Source: Lingula anatina (taxonomy: Eukaryota > Animalia > Brachiopoda). Taken from it: 64,000 nt of DNA. The DNA lies in contig CM120641.1 of assembly GCA_051362555.1 (NCBI GenBank), positions 48,428,401 to 48,492,400 on the forward strand, given 5' to 3'. How positions within the stretch are numbered: the stretch's first letter is position 1; each line of letters opens with the position of its first letter. Position numbers and translations under genes: made by a program. The notes below the pieces were generated by a model. The model worked only from the letters and a program-made list of their open reading frames with translations. It ran no database searches and had not been told where the DNA came from. Of this stretch, positions 31,201 through 46,610 are shown piece by piece.

Positions 31201-32177
31201 CAACCCTGGAAAGTTAAAAGTTCTTCCATGCTTAATTGTGGGTTTATCAAATTTTGACGTCTCTTTGATATCAATATTCACACTGATTTCCATGTTGCCG
31301 ATTTAAAAACAGTGCCACTTGCTGCTACATTATAGACAGACTGTGGTATTAAATAACTAGCAATGGTATATCCAAGTTCTATTTAAAAACTGTGTTTATA
31401 TGGCTGACAGGTGGGCAGGTTTGTGGTAAATTAGATTTTTTTTGTCGAAATTCATGGCATTTATACATTTTTTAGAATGTGATCAGAAGTTTCCAGAATA
31501 CCTTGACTGTTACCAGGGAGCACTGTCTAGGTACCTTGGAAGGAGACGCTCATGATTTTATTTTGGAAACAAACATGTCTGTTTTATCCGTTCGCCTTCT
31601 GTGCACAGAAAGCCAGAGTTGCCTAGGGGGTCATGTGGTTAACGCCCTCAAAGAGAAAATAACATGCAACCATTTTCTTTTGCTCTGAAGCACATTTTGT
31701 ACTCTAATGCCTTATGAACATTGCAATCAGGTCAGGGATTTCCAGGCTTAGGAGAAACTAGCCAAGACTTAAATTATCAGATTTGTTCCCAAATGACTCG
31801 TATTTCATGTTTCATTTAAGCTATAGAGAGGACATTGTTGGGTTATTTCTATATCAGTCTTTCCTGTTGTTTAGCTCTGTAACTTGAGACATGCATTTTC
31901 TATACTTGGCTTTCACGTGATTTCCAGTCAATTTGCAGTCATTTCTTGAAATTACAAACACAAGATGGGAAAGATAGGATTAACGTGTTCTTGCCTTTGC
32001 CATGCCAATTTTATATATTACAGTGCAAATGGTTGTCATCAGGAGATATTTAATGTGTTCAAGTTGTTCGCTTTGATGGAGTGCAGCACCATCTTGCTCC
32101 CAATGAGTATCATTCAAAATCATACCTGTCCACATTGACAAGTGCCAAAGAGGGAGATTCCTCTCACGTGCTACACA

Positions 32178-32219
<42 letters not shown>

Positions 32220-35200
32220 AGTGTTCAGTGTTCCTTAGTCATAGTAACAGCCGTTTTAATCAATAATTAAAAGAAATAAACCTTATCATGAATCTTTGCT
32301 CTGCAATATTTCAGTGTTCGTCTTGTTGCTTTTATTGGGGATTTACACCCAAACCCAATAGAGATATGCAAATGAGGTCACAGGCATGCATTAAAAAATA
32401 TTTAATGAAAACGTAAAAGTGGAATGGAATATTTAGTGCAAGTTGGACATCATACTTGATATGCACATTCAGGGCAGGCACTTTGCATTCATCAAAAAAT
32501 AGCAAACTTTGACTCAAGATTAATTCTCTTGGTACTTAATGTTCCATTTGCAACGTTTTAATTAGGCCCCTTTTGTAGTGTTGACGCTTTGCCTGATGAT
32601 ATTTCAAAGCTGCATATTTTGAAATGTCGCCCTTTTCTATACCCAACAAACTTACCATTCTTTTAAACACAACTGTAGGCCTTGTACCAGTACTCAAGTG
32701 ACACTTGAGCCTCTTCTTTAAACTTATACACAAAATATTTTACTTTTTGACTTCTTAGAACATCTGTCTCAACTTTTACCCATGCACAGCCCCCCCCCTC
32801 GCCTCACAAAGCCATTTAGATTTAAGAACCCATAATGCAACTTGAATCTATTGTTTTGATGTTCACGCTGTCTTATATATATACATTCATATTTTTTTTA
32901 ATAAAACTAAACTGAACGCATTCACATTTTCCTGATTTTCATTCTTGTATATCACCAGACATACTTATTTTTGGTACGTCACATGCAGGGGCGGATTTAG
33001 AGATATTTTCTGACAGTCTTGCAAATTGTCTTTGTTTATCCATCCTCCATTTTTGACCGTCTTCCAACAGAAAAAATCAGATACCCGTCAATGTAAACTT
33101 GAAAATCTGACCGTCTTCTGGAAGACCCAGAAGACGGCCTAAATCCGCCCCTGACATGACCCTGTGTATGCTGTCAGACCTCCCTGATGCACTGCAGATG
33201 AACCCTAATAGAAGTACGCCATTATTTAGCCCACATTCAGTCATTACTTTGATTGACCATGCTCTTAGCTATTAGGGTCTTTTAGATGTTTTGGTTTTCA
33301 GACTTGTGTGCATTCTTAATATGTTCAATGGAGTATTTTAATCTTATTGTAGCCTTTAATCATGTAGTCCAAAAATTCATTGACGTCTTATTGGTCTTTT
33401 TTTATTAGGTTTGAAAGGTTTGACTGATTGGAAGATGTTTCTAAGTTTGGAATATTGTTGAAAGCTCATTTAGTACTGTATTTATGTAAATTGATTTCAT
33501 CAACAATGAAAAATGATATGCACATTATTTTTAAACCTAAAAGCACACATTTTTATGGCACAGAAATCTTAGAAAAGTATGAATGATTATATGAACAGGT
33601 CACTTGGAAGTAGTGTTATAGACAAAAAGAGCTTAAGATGAAAGGTTGACTAACAGCGACAATGGAGAATGGTATACACTTGGAGAACCTGGGGTAGCAC
33701 TTACACTCATCAATTTAGCCAAATGATAAAACTTAATTGGCTTAACAAAAAGAGCTTAATTTGATTAATTTGATTAATTTCAGTCAAATTAAAACCATTT
33801 GGATAAAAAATTGACCAAAAATTGGTGATTTGGCTAAGCGAAAAAAAAAAAAAAAATTGCTAGGGCTACCCCAGAGAACCTACCATTTTTGTCAATATTT
33901 TGGTAAATTTAACTAATTTGGTGATTTTGAAAATGTTGACAGTTTCTGACTGATAAAAGTTCTTGTGTTTGTAATTAATTAATTGAGATTCTGAGTGAAA
34001 TAAAGATGCTGTATGGAAAAGACTATTGTCTCATGTTCCTGCATTCAGACTTTCTTCTGATACTGAAATGATATTTCTCTTCAGCTCCATTGAACTGGAA
34101 TATACCTGTTCCGTTAGTAAGATGTATGATATGATAGCATAACTCGTCTTTAGTAGGTTTTAAAGGATATTATTTCAACTGATTGCAAGACACCTTTGTA
34201 ACGAGAGGTTATATATACTGGCATGGGTGAAAGTTTTCTGACTGAGGATTATGCCTGATTTCATGGTTTTCATCCTTTATTTTGATTGTTTCAATATGGT
34301 CTGAATGTGATGAGCAGTCTACATTTTTGGAATTTTCAGTTTTTACAATTTTTATCCATGGACTGCTGAGGTGGTTTTATTTCTCACCAAAGACTTCAAA
34401 CTGTATTGGTTCAAACTAGAAAAAAAAAAAAAAAGCCACATTTACACTTGGGTCTTTGCTCATATGTGTAAGTAAGGTTTAGGATTGTCTATTTGTTAGG
34501 GTGGAAGAGAGTTGATTGAGACACAGGTGTACTAAAAAAATTACTTTTTTTTCCATCTTATTCAGTGATGTTCATCATGTACAGCATTGGCTGTGTAATT
34601 TCCCCAGCTTGTCGAATCCTGTGGTAATGCGCCTGATGACAGCTATTTGGGTTCCACCATTTGTGAATCAATATCAATTTTCTGTGTAAACAAATGGACT
34701 GTGTGGCTTAATCTGTGTGGTTTCCAGCAATTTATTCTCAATCTGAAACAACATTGGACTTATGCTTAATTAATTTTTTCCTTTAATCAGAGTTTTCAAG
34801 GCAGGAGACTGGGTTAATATAGGCGGGGGTATGGTATTGGTGGAACACTGAAATTGCCATATGACTATGGAAGGTGATAAAGAGTGTTTAATCTGCTGTG
34901 TCGTCCATGATTTTGATCAACTAGTCATCTATGGTGAATGTGCAGCACACATCATGTCACCTCACATCATGGCTCTCCTTGGCCACTGACATTTTTCATT
35001 AAGCCAAATAACATCAAATGAATTCGAAGTTCAACTTCATTATTTTTAACATGATTTAGAGAAAAGAACTTAAATTGTAGCATCTATCAAAATTTTGATT
35101 TGTAATTATGAGCCTAAACTTTGTTTAAGATGGTGAATTTAAACCAAATGCTTAAAGTAATGAGTTCTTCCTAACTGGTACAAGCCTCTTTAGCTCAGTC

Positions 35201-38200
35201 CCGGTAGGGAGACTGGGGTTAGTCCCAGTGAGAAGACTGGGATGGTCATGGTGGGGAGACTGGGATGGTCATGGTGAGAAGACTGGGATGGTCATGGTGG
35301 GGAAACTGGGATAGTCATGGTGGGGAGACTGGGATGGTCATGGTGAGAAGACTGGGATGGTCATGGTGAGAAGACTGGGATGGTCATGGTGGGGAGACCA
35401 GGATGGTCCCAGTGAGTAGACTGGGATGGTCATGGTGGGGAGACTGGGGTAGTCATAATGGGATGACTGGGATGGTCCACGTGGGAAGATTAGGATGGTC
35501 ATGGTGGGAAGACTGGGATGGTCCCAGTGGGAAGAATAAGATGGTCCCAGTAGGAAGACTGGGTTAGTCCCAGTGAGAAGACTGGGATGGTCATGGTGGG
35601 ATGACTGAGATAGTCCCAGTGGGAAGACTGGGATGGTTCCATTGGGAAGGCTGGGTTGGTCATGGTAAAAAGACTGGGATGGTCATGGTAAGAAGAATAG
35701 GATAGTCATAGTGGGATGACGGGGATGGTCCTGGTGGGAAGATTGGGATGTTTGTATTTTTATATGAATACACTTCCTTCAGAAATATCAAGAATAAAAA
35801 ACCTATAAAATTTATAAATTTTATAGATGTAACTAGGATGTCACCAAAGAGAAGTAGAAGTGTCTACACGTGGCATTTCATGGAAAAATAGTTGAACTTT
35901 TCTTTATTTGATATTTGTAGATGGAGAACCTGATCCGCTGTATGCAGTTTTCAGAGAACGCAATTCCAGTACGAAGTCAAAAGCTTTTTCTTACCACAGT
36001 CCCGGATGCATTTGCAGGTAAAGTCAGTTCTGTATATAGCATATATTTATAAGGAAGATCTTAATTGGCATTTAAAAAATTAAGATGGTTACACCTAACA
36101 CACTGTCACAATCCCCTCCCCTTCATACTAAATGTTGTCTCACCTGAAGCACTGACACAATCACTCACAATGCATTATCTCACCTGATGCATTTCAAACT
36201 AATTGTGTTATTATAGCTTATAGCTCATCTAGCTAACTATCAAGTTATATGCAGTATTCCTGTCAATTTACAAAGACAAAGAAATGTTTTACTCAGAAAT
36301 GTTTGTGCCATAGTGGTTTATCAGGTATCATGTCAGACAGCCTTCAGAGACATGCTCTAGAAATTAACCAGCATCACTTATTCAAACAAACTTCTATTGC
36401 GGTCCTTTTGTCTTTAGCTGGCAACTGGGAATGATCCCCTGATAGCCAATAGATAACAACTGTCTCTTTAAAGCACTAAGCCGTAATTAGCTTTGTGCAG
36501 ACCTGGTTTTCCCTCTCACGGCCACTTAGCCGAGAATCAGTGGTGGACTGTGCACTTAGATTGCCATCTAGTACTGGAAAGCTGCTGATTGATCTGTCTC
36601 TGCCGCATGGCCGAGTATTTAACAAGTTATTATATACACATTTCCAGCCACGGTGTCAATAAATTGCATCTATACTAGCAAAGGAAAAGAGGAATTTCCT
36701 GGAAGTTAAAAGAGAATATCAAATATTGTTACTTTGCTGCAAGCTGTCATGAGTATAGAAGTAGTGAAGGATGGTGAGGCCTCTGTCTTTTGAATGGTGT
36801 TACATGGTAGGATTGCCTCAATTAACTGCTAATGTTGTCACTAGTCCCATTCTGCTTTACCCACTGGTACTTCCTTGCAGGATCTTTTCTATGAAAGCAC
36901 ACTAAAAAAGAAACCATAATTTCCGTATGCTATAGATTTTACTTATTTTCATTATTTCTCTTTGCAGTGTCACCTTCAAAAAGCAGAATAATCCCGTCCA
37001 TATCTACTAAGTAAATCCACTTAAGTGAAAACTTGCCACTTTGAAGACTGCCATTTTTCTAGCTTTCATTAAGATATTATTGCTGTGCTTTCATGTCAAG
37101 GATTTATAGATAGTGGCTAAATGTTAAAGAGAAAGTGAAAGATGTGGGACTTTATGCTGCATACATGCTCCTAGCCACCACCCAACAGTGCCCTGAGATA
37201 TATAATATTATCCATTTTATCCTTTCTTTATCCAGCAAACTCTAACAATGATGTGCATTTCTGTTGGTCATTGATGAAGAAATAATTTTTTGAAGTGTAA
37301 TGATAAGAAAATCCCCAGATCCAGTGCTCTTTTGTACCTAGAGACTTGTTTGTTTTGAAAATGTGATCCCAAACAAATTGAGTGATTTCATCGATTCCCA
37401 CGTCTGTTTTGAGGAGATAAAGACACAGAGCAAGAAAAATCTTGGCAGCCATTTTCTCTTCTCTTAAGGTCAAAGAATACATTGTAACTTTGCATCCAAA
37501 CGAGTTATTGACTGCCAAATGATGGACGCAATATGGCTTGAAGAGATTGAAGACATGTAAAAGATTAAGTCATGTAGTTTCATGGATTTTATACAAAAAA
37601 CCAAAAAGGAATGTGCAGTTTAGATTTGAAGATTGATAAATAAAAATCCCTATAGCTATTCTTGATTATACACAGATAGTTGAATATCAGTCATTATGGC
37701 TTAATACCAGTCAGTGATAGTTGAAAACAGTGAAAAACAAAGTCTTAATTGCCAGTTTCTTACATAATGTAGGCTACATTGTTATAAATGACATTATCTT
37801 CAGAATGCACATGATGTCCCAGTGTTAAGTGTGCACTGCCTATCTTACTTCTGCAATCAACTAACAGAATTGAAAACAGGAATTTAATTATCCGCGGAAG
37901 CCTGTGCCACTGAAATTTGGGGTTGAAGACTTACACTCTGCTAATCTCGTTCAGATTTTGATGGTGCATTGACGTCATTGCTCACTGTGTTTGCCAATTA
38001 TTGACTGTCCCATCGCTATTTCTGTCACAAAGTGGGCAGTTTGGATAAATTTGGAAGTGGATTGTATATTCGTCATGCCCAAGGGGCAATTTTTTAACCA
38101 CCAGAGGGAATATCTCTAATGAAAATGGATATAGTTAAAGTAAAAATAGATGAATCCCATAAGAGCAGAGTTTGTTAGGTGTATATCGGAAAAAAGTGCT

Positions 38201-39073
38201 TTTATCATCATTTCTTTCTTTTGATGTCCTTTTTTTTTTCCTTTTATTTATCACTTTGATTTACATGAATCACAGTTAAGACACTGAATGGTTAAATCAT
38301 GTATTGTGAATTATGCTCAGTTTTTTTCCCTTTGATCTTCTAATGACATACATTATGTATTCAGTATATCTGCTTATATGCTCTTGTGGGTAGCATACTG
38401 ACTTGTGACCTTGTTAGTATACTTAACTTTGGGACCATGTTGTTAGCATTCTAACTGACCATGTGACCTTGCATTTAGCAATTGCATTGGTCTTGTGACT
38501 TTGCAGTAAGCATATAGTTACTGACATTGTGACCTTGTGGTTAGCAGTCTTACCTTGCAATCTAATTGTTAGCAGTCTTACCTTGTGACCTTATGGTTAG
38601 CAGTCTTACCTTATGGTTAGCAGTCTTACCTCGTGACCTTATGGTTAGCAGTCTTACCTCGTGACCTTATGGTTAGCAGTCTTACCTCTTGACCTTATGG
38701 TTAGCAGTCTTACCTTGTGACCTTATGGTTAGCAGTCTTACCTCGTGACCTTATGGTTAGCAGTCTTACCCTGTGACCTTATGGTTAGCAGTCTTACCCT
38801 GTGACCTTATGGTTAGCAGTCTTACCCTGTGACCTTATGGTTAGCAGTCTTACCTTGTGACCTTGTAGTAAGCATTGTTACAGACCTTAGCTTGTACCGC
38901 TGGCCATATTGTTATCTGTGGAGAGGCGTAGCTTGAGATTGAGTTTTAACTGAAATATTGGTAGTATAATAACAGTTAATGATTTTACTGGATCACTGAT
39001 TTTGTGGTTTGGACTTATATCAAATAACATGTAGGTCTAAGTCTCACTAATTTCATGACTTAATCGTTTTTAC

Positions 39074-39135
<62 letters not shown>

Positions 39136-42100
39136 GCTTCTTATATAATGGTGCCTTACATGCTACCTCAAGGCTCCCTACAATAATAATATAACTAAAA
39201 TCATTGAATGACTACAATATTCAAATCTAAAACACTCATTGGAAACCATTTAAAATTAACACTGCTAAAAACTCAATCTTATTAAAATATATAAAAAATC
39301 TAGGAGCAATAGACAGATTTAAAAATGTGGATCTTTAGAAGGGATTTAAAGCTGTCAAATCTTTTTGTTCAAGATTAGTACTGAGTCAGTGGCTTTGTGG
39401 TTATAGTTTGAGCTGTATTAGTGATCTCAGGAGCTGAATTAATGGCCTCATAAAAGATAATTAATAATTAACCTCCTAAGAGTTCATGTTGTGTTAGTGA
39501 CTTCATTGTTGTTTTTTCTATGCTATTGACTTCATAAGAGTTCTTATCATATTTGTGACCTTGTAAGGGTTCTTTATGTATCTATGCAGTGTTAGTGACC
39601 TTATAATGTCTCTTGTTGTGTTAGTGTCCCACAATCTCCTCATAATTATTATAAGACATGGCATTTAGACATAGTTTTCTGAATCCCTACTAGAAGTCAT
39701 AGTTGTGTACATACTTTTCTGGGCAGGTCTTCACAGGGAATAAGGATGGGCGGGACAAGATAGGGATTAGATTGCTCTATATTGTGATCTCATCATAATA
39801 TCATGATCTACTGAGTTGATATGTTGTTAGTCATACTGCTACAAATGGACAGGAAATACTGCCAGGTAGTTTGATGACCATGGTTCTATTTAGACTGGGT
39901 TCCCATACCTAGATCAATCTAACAGGTCTGGAGATTTTCTTGCTAAATAGTATTCAGATTAAGCGGCTGAGATGTGTGGCATGCCTCTGATGCTTCTAAA
40001 CACTAATTAATTACCTTGTAGCAGGTTCAGTAGGTGTGACAGACATCTAACCCGCTTAGGTTAATTGCAATTTAGCAAGAATCCTAGGAGATAGACCGAT
40101 CCACAGCAATTACGATAATTTTTTAGGAATAGTCCCTTAAACTGACTGGTGTATACTGAGACTCATGTGCCTGGTGCTTACTTTTTCAGAACAATTGCAA
40201 GTTAACAAATAAAATAATAATAGAATTAAAAAGCTATGATTTGTAAAGTTCTGTGTTTAATCTATCCTATGCTTTGTTTCCAGGTCAAGATCTTATTGAC
40301 TGGTTGTATACCAAACTTCAGACTGAGGAGCGCCTCCACGCCAGCCATCTTGCCAATCTCCTCTGCCAATATGGCTACCTCTTCCCCGTGTCTGATCAGA
40401 AAAACTTGGTGGTCAAGGATGATAACACTTTGTTCAGATTTCAGGTAAGACTTCACCCACAAACTAACACATGGCACCAACATTTCAGACTTTTTGACTT
40501 AACAAAGCAGAGGCATGTTATCAAAATGACACTGGGCTTGCAATTTTTACAGTTCAGAGAAACAAAAAAATGTTTGTTTTTATGTTTAAATGGATCATAA
40601 ACAACTGAAATTTTTACCCTTACAGTTAAGACCATCGTCTGTTTATAGCCCTTGTGCAACTCTGACGTGGGTTAATGCTTTCTTTTTTTTCTCTGTTTGC
40701 CTCTAATCATTTAAAACAGATTCATACAATTGAAAAATATGTACTTGTAATAATGCCCAACAAAATTATTTTTGCCATAGTAAAATGTCAACTTAGGGAT
40801 CATAAGACAACCTTGGAACTTATATTTGCCTGATGAATTTTCTACACATACATATATATCTTTTGTACATGGTCAGGTAAAAATAGATGAGTGAAGGTAT
40901 TTTTAGCATATATCTGAGAGCCTAATGGAGGCCGGGATATTTACTATCACTTTCTAGCAGTCAGGTTAATAAACATGATAAAAGTGTCATGTATAACAGG
41001 ATGAGCTTGTTGTTGTTTATTCTTATTTTTGCATTATCTTCAATAAATGGCTTTATTGCGCCATTTTATGATGGTTTTACTTCCATGTGGTTGAATTAAT
41101 TGTGTTGAAATTTGTGTCCTTAAAGTAACCAGTGGTATATACTATATGTTAAACCCAGCAGCATCCTCTACAGCTTGTCTCTCTCTTCTTGTTGGATGCT
41201 ATTGATTTTCTCTGTCATTTTATATACAGATGCTATAATATGTATATTTATTTTAAGACTTTATGTTTGTGTTGCGTGCATACATACAAAACATGTCGAT
41301 TTGGGTGTTAACTTAATAATTCAGAAATGTGTTTTTCGTGACATTAGAGCCAAAATTTTCACTGTAGTTCTTTTTCTACTTACTAGTTACCAAAAAATAT
41401 GCCATATTAAAAAAATAAATAATTTTTTACTTGAGTTTTGGGTTTTTCATTGGAATTTTTGTAAGGCCAGTCTTGTGACCAGTGTTGATGTTTACTTTCA
41501 TCATTTTCTGTTTTCAGACGCCATATTTTTGGCCTAGTAATAATTGGAAGCCAGATCACGTGGATTACGGTGAGTGAGTTTTAGAGCTAGATATCTCATC
41601 CAACTCTCCAGACAGTATCACTTGTTCCTACATCATTAAACTATGTCCACAGAGACAAGATAAGAAATATATGTATTGATTAGGAATAGTGCCCACTTCA
41701 TCAAAACTTAGTTTTCATGTGTGTCAATTTCTTTTTATGGAAGAAAGTTTCTCTGCCGTCATTGTCTTATGTTATTATCCTGTGATGTGGCGATACGCCA
41801 GTAGTTTGATGTGTAAAATGTGAAACCTCTTTACTCATTAACCAGACCATTCAGGGACTAATCATATCAATGGCAACGAGTCCAGGCAGTTAGCTGCCAT
41901 TTTCTGTATCTAGTTCTCTGTGGTCTACCTGATCTCTTCTTTTCACTCCTGGTGGCACATCAGGCAGGGAAAAGTTCTCTCTACCATATAATCTGATCCT
42001 CCACTGCCCCCCCCCCCACCGCAGTTCAGGCACCCCATCTCACCCCTCTCCAGCCTGTCTCACCCCCCTCACCCCTCTCTCCTTCTACTACCCTCCCCTA

Positions 42101-45100
42101 CCCCCCCCCCCCCAACTAAGCCACCCCCATTTCACCCCTCTCCACCCCATATAGCCCTTCTCTCTCTACCTCCTTCCCCCCTCCTCCAGCTCACCAGGTT
42201 TGGTTCACACAGCTAGACACAGGTATGGCTGAAACAGGTGAGACACAGGCACTGTTGCCAGAACTATGGTCAAGACAAAGGTAATGCAGTTTTCCAAAAC
42301 AAAATTAATCATTTCATAAACTTTCAGTGAAAAGTGTTCTGCCTGGATATCTGTGGGTTCCTCTCCACAGCTCCAGTGCTGATGTTAATATGGCGAAGAG
42401 AATCGGTCCCTGGTGTAGACCTCTTGTCTGGGCCGAGTTGAGAAGAATATTGCGCCCCATTGATTCTTTCCCCAGCGCACCCACAGCTAGCCATGCTGAC
42501 TTCATTAAATCCAAGGAAAGTGACTCAAGAATTTCTCTGATTACATGAAGCTTCATCCCTCTCCTATCCCTCTGGTCGACCATTCACAATTAATATCCAT
42601 CCTGGCAATTGGGTTTTCTTGTACACACTCTCTCCTGGGAGCACCGAGCTCGGTTGCAATACATTTTTGTTCATTAGATTACAGAGTATTTACAGATAAA
42701 CTGAATGGTGGTTTATCGGCTAATTACTTTTGGTGTTGCATTTTACCTTGTTTGTACATTTAATGGAAAAGAAAATGGTTAGAATTATTAATTTCAGCAG
42801 TATAGAAAGATGCTTGCAATATTTCTTTTTGTTATTATTTTTGCTGTGGTTGATAGAGATGCAGATTTAGGAATATTGGTATAAAATGCATATTATATCC
42901 ATTTACAAAGATTGTGGAAATGGAATACTAATTAGTGACAAAAGTGAAAGTGTAGTAGTCCCAGTTCTGGCTCACACATTGCGGTAGTTGTGCTGCCTGG
43001 CACATTGCGTATTGTGTTGTGCAAACTAAATGGATGTGCTCTCACCTAACACATTCCTAGAGATGACACATCTTAAGCTTGGGTAATTTTTACTGCTTAT
43101 TACTTTTATGTATCAAGTGTATTCCCATTTTTCATCAGAATATTCTAGATCACTGTGCTTTATTACATCTTCTAGCATGCCACATAAAGTTTAACATTTC
43201 TTGGAGTTATTTTGTAAACCCGTCTGCATATAGAAAATATGTTTCTATAATTCGCTACTTAGTAATCGCTTTACCATTGCAGTGACCTTCCCTCTACCAG
43301 GGCGACAGATTGATTTTTCACAGATATTCACTGTTATGTCTCTAGATAAATAGACAGTCATTTGGCTCTCAGTCAAAAATGTCCCCAATAATAACTGCGG
43401 CTCTGGTAGAGGGTAGCAGTGACCTTGTCTTCAAATGTGTATGGTTGGAAGTGATACAGTTGGTTTTACTCTGTCTGCCTCCAGATCTTATTAGGCTTAA
43501 TATGTATTTTGGACTGTTTGAGCTTGTATCTACTATTGGAACAATGTTTGCATCAAATATCACCATTTCCTACCATTACAGCGTTAGTTGTGGAATGGTG
43601 ATAAAAACCTCATAAAGTTCATTAAATATTTTTTTGTCACAATTCCAGGCAGTGTTTTAGTTGTCTTCTAACCTTACGTAGGCCAGACAAAAGTGATAAG
43701 TTTGTTAATGAGCATTGATATATTATAAAAGGGTCAGTACAAGAATTTGTTAATAGATGAGATATTTTACTAGAAGAGCATATGAATTTTAGTTTTTTTC
43801 CTTTGGGGGGAGGTGGAGGAAATATAAAAGTGTGGACAATTTTTGGGCATAGAGGATTTTCCTGGGGTTAGTTGCAATTTCCTTCCACTTACCAAACCAA
43901 TCCCCAATGTATTTTCTCCATTGGAGAAAAAACTTATCCTCAAAATTAGGCTCCCTTGTGCTCGTTAACCAACCAACTAGTTTTCTCAGTCCTTGCCTTA
44001 CCTTTACATGTACCTGATTGATTGCAGGTGTGTAATTAATTAAATAGTATTTCTGGTGAGTTTAAATATTTATAAACTTTTAATTAATCTTGGTTTTAAA
44101 CACATTGAAGAGCACAGAGAAAATTTCTGCTCGTTGCCAAACTAATTTTGGCATTGCTGCTAGTAGTTGAATTTTGGCTCCCAACAGGAATCTTGACATT
44201 ACTGTTGTGATCTGAGATGGATTACCTAATTTATATTGAAAATTAACAGTGGAGGTATTATAGATTAGTATGATGCTAAGCTCAACCTCTCAGGAAATAC
44301 AAGTGATGACAAAAATGAATATGGAATTAAGATACATCATAGGGTTTCAAGAACACTTCTTTGGAGAAGGGTTTTCCTGTTTTCTTTAACATTTTTTATT
44401 TTTCTTTGGAGGCTAAATTCATCCCAAAAAGTTAGTTTTTTTTAAAGATGCATATTAAATGAGTACCTTTTGTTAATTTATTGCTGCTAAATCAGACCAA
44501 ATTGCACCAGTTTCAAATAGAATAACTTTAAGAAATACCACAGACTTTACAGACTGGAAAAAAAAAAGATTTACGACCAGAAAAGTGCAGTTCTAACACC
44601 TTTTGCTGCTGCCTGAAAGATAAATTCCTAATAATTTATAATTCTTACATTGCATTTACTGTATCTTAAATGATGAGATAGGGCATCAATATTGCCAGTC
44701 TGTTGTAGACATAGGGTAATCCTAGACTTCTTATGTCTCTATATAGTTATGCCAGTAGAAGTAGGCACATTTCCCTGGTAAATCCCATTTCCGTATGCTT
44801 AATCAAGATAGCAAAATTAGTCAGGCAATGTTAAAAAGCCTTGTATTGTTCTTCACAAATTGAAAATGAAGGTATATGTCAATTTGTGAAGAACATTTTA
44901 TTTGAAGAACAATTAGAAAACTATTCTGTTTGATGGGTTATCAACTTAATTACTTAAAATGACGAGAGTTCTCAATTGTTTTTTATTATTTTTTTCCAGC
45001 CATATATCTTGCAAAGAGAACGCTACGGAATAAGCAGAGGCATGGTTTGGAGGACTTTGAACAAGTAAGTGTTAATTAAGACAACTTATTTTTTAGGAAA

Positions 45101-46571
45101 AAATAAGTGAATCTTTCCAGGAATGCATTGTAGAAAGCTGACATATTTCAGTCCCAGTTGATGCTAATTTCCTCTTTATCTAAACACTGTACTGTCATTT
45201 ACATGCAAGCTAGGTCAAATCTTATGCCTTCCTCATGCAATATATTTATTTCTTTGCTTTTAAAAAACATGCAAATTAATCTGTCTAGCTACCCCTAATG
45301 ATTTAAGTTTATTCCATAAGTAAAACAAGTAAAGTTTAAAGTCCTTAAATAAATCCATGTCAAATTGGCCAAAATTAAATGAGGTAAAAGCTCAGTCTTT
45401 AATTACACTTTTAGATATTGATGAAGAGTCCGGAGGATTATGTTCTTTGGTAGTTAAAGACAAAAAAAATAAAAAATAAAAAGTTGAGGCAAATATACAA
45501 ATCATTTAGCCAATTGCTATAGCTATGATTTGTTTTCTCAAGAGCAATGCAGGTGTCAAATAAAATCATCTGACATAACAGCCATTATTAATAAGATATT
45601 GTTTTTAATGTATATGAATTTTTATCTCATAATATTGTGCTCTTCCTCATTGTCTCCTTGTGAAGTGTTACAATTCAAAAAATGAACAATAAATGAATAA
45701 TGGTATCTGTTGAGTTCTCTGTGAATGAAAGTAGGTAGAAATTTTTATTTGGATGATGTTTATTTTCTTCAAAATATCTGCTCATCTTCTAGTGCCCATA
45801 AGTGTTCAGGTCAATGAAATTCATTCAGAACTTCAACCTGATCCAAGACGACCGTTTTCCTGGCATGAACATTTTACCAATTAAGTGCCTCTTAATTCTA
45901 GAATTTCAGTTGTTTGATTGTTTTGGTCTCCGCATTACATGAATATTTCATTGACTCGTCTCTAGATGCCAAGGCTGAACGTCACTTCTTCCTACAGATT
46001 TTTCTATAATCAATATACCCACAAGAGAAGACTGAATACGCCAGGACTGTTCTCAAAACCACAACTGTTTTCACATGAAATGCAGGAAATGCAAAGGTTT
46101 TGTTCCACCTGTATTGTATTTCTCAGATTTAAGACAAAAGAAAGGGGATCTAAATCAATACTTCTACCTGAGAAGGTTTTTTGAATGAAGATGTTTTATA
46201 TACACAATTTTTCCTGTTTAAAAGTGAATCCTGTAACAAGAAAAATGTAAATTTTTAGTATCTCATATACAAAGTTAGTTTCAGTGTTATGTTTTTACTT
46301 AGATGAAATGATTTGAAATGAATTTTTCTCTTAAAATCTTGAAAATTAAAAAAAAAATATAGGTACAATCTAGTTATTCATTTGGTCAAAATGAAAATTA
46401 GAAGAAGAAGAAGGACAGTGTGTAGGCATTAATTATTAATTTTAGCTATTTATTGTCACATTTTTAATCAAATATAACATTTTACCTGATTGAGTTGTCT
46501 GTTATCATCATTTATAATCTGCTGGAGTTTCCCAACTCTAAAACAAAACAAAACAAAACAAAACAAACAAA

Positions 46572-46610
<39 letters not shown>

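Noticed and set aside
41930-42760. Possible RTE-like LINE 3' remnant, C-rich tract and short ORFs
   Set aside because: Only a vague resemblance; no RT or endonuclease motif could be read.
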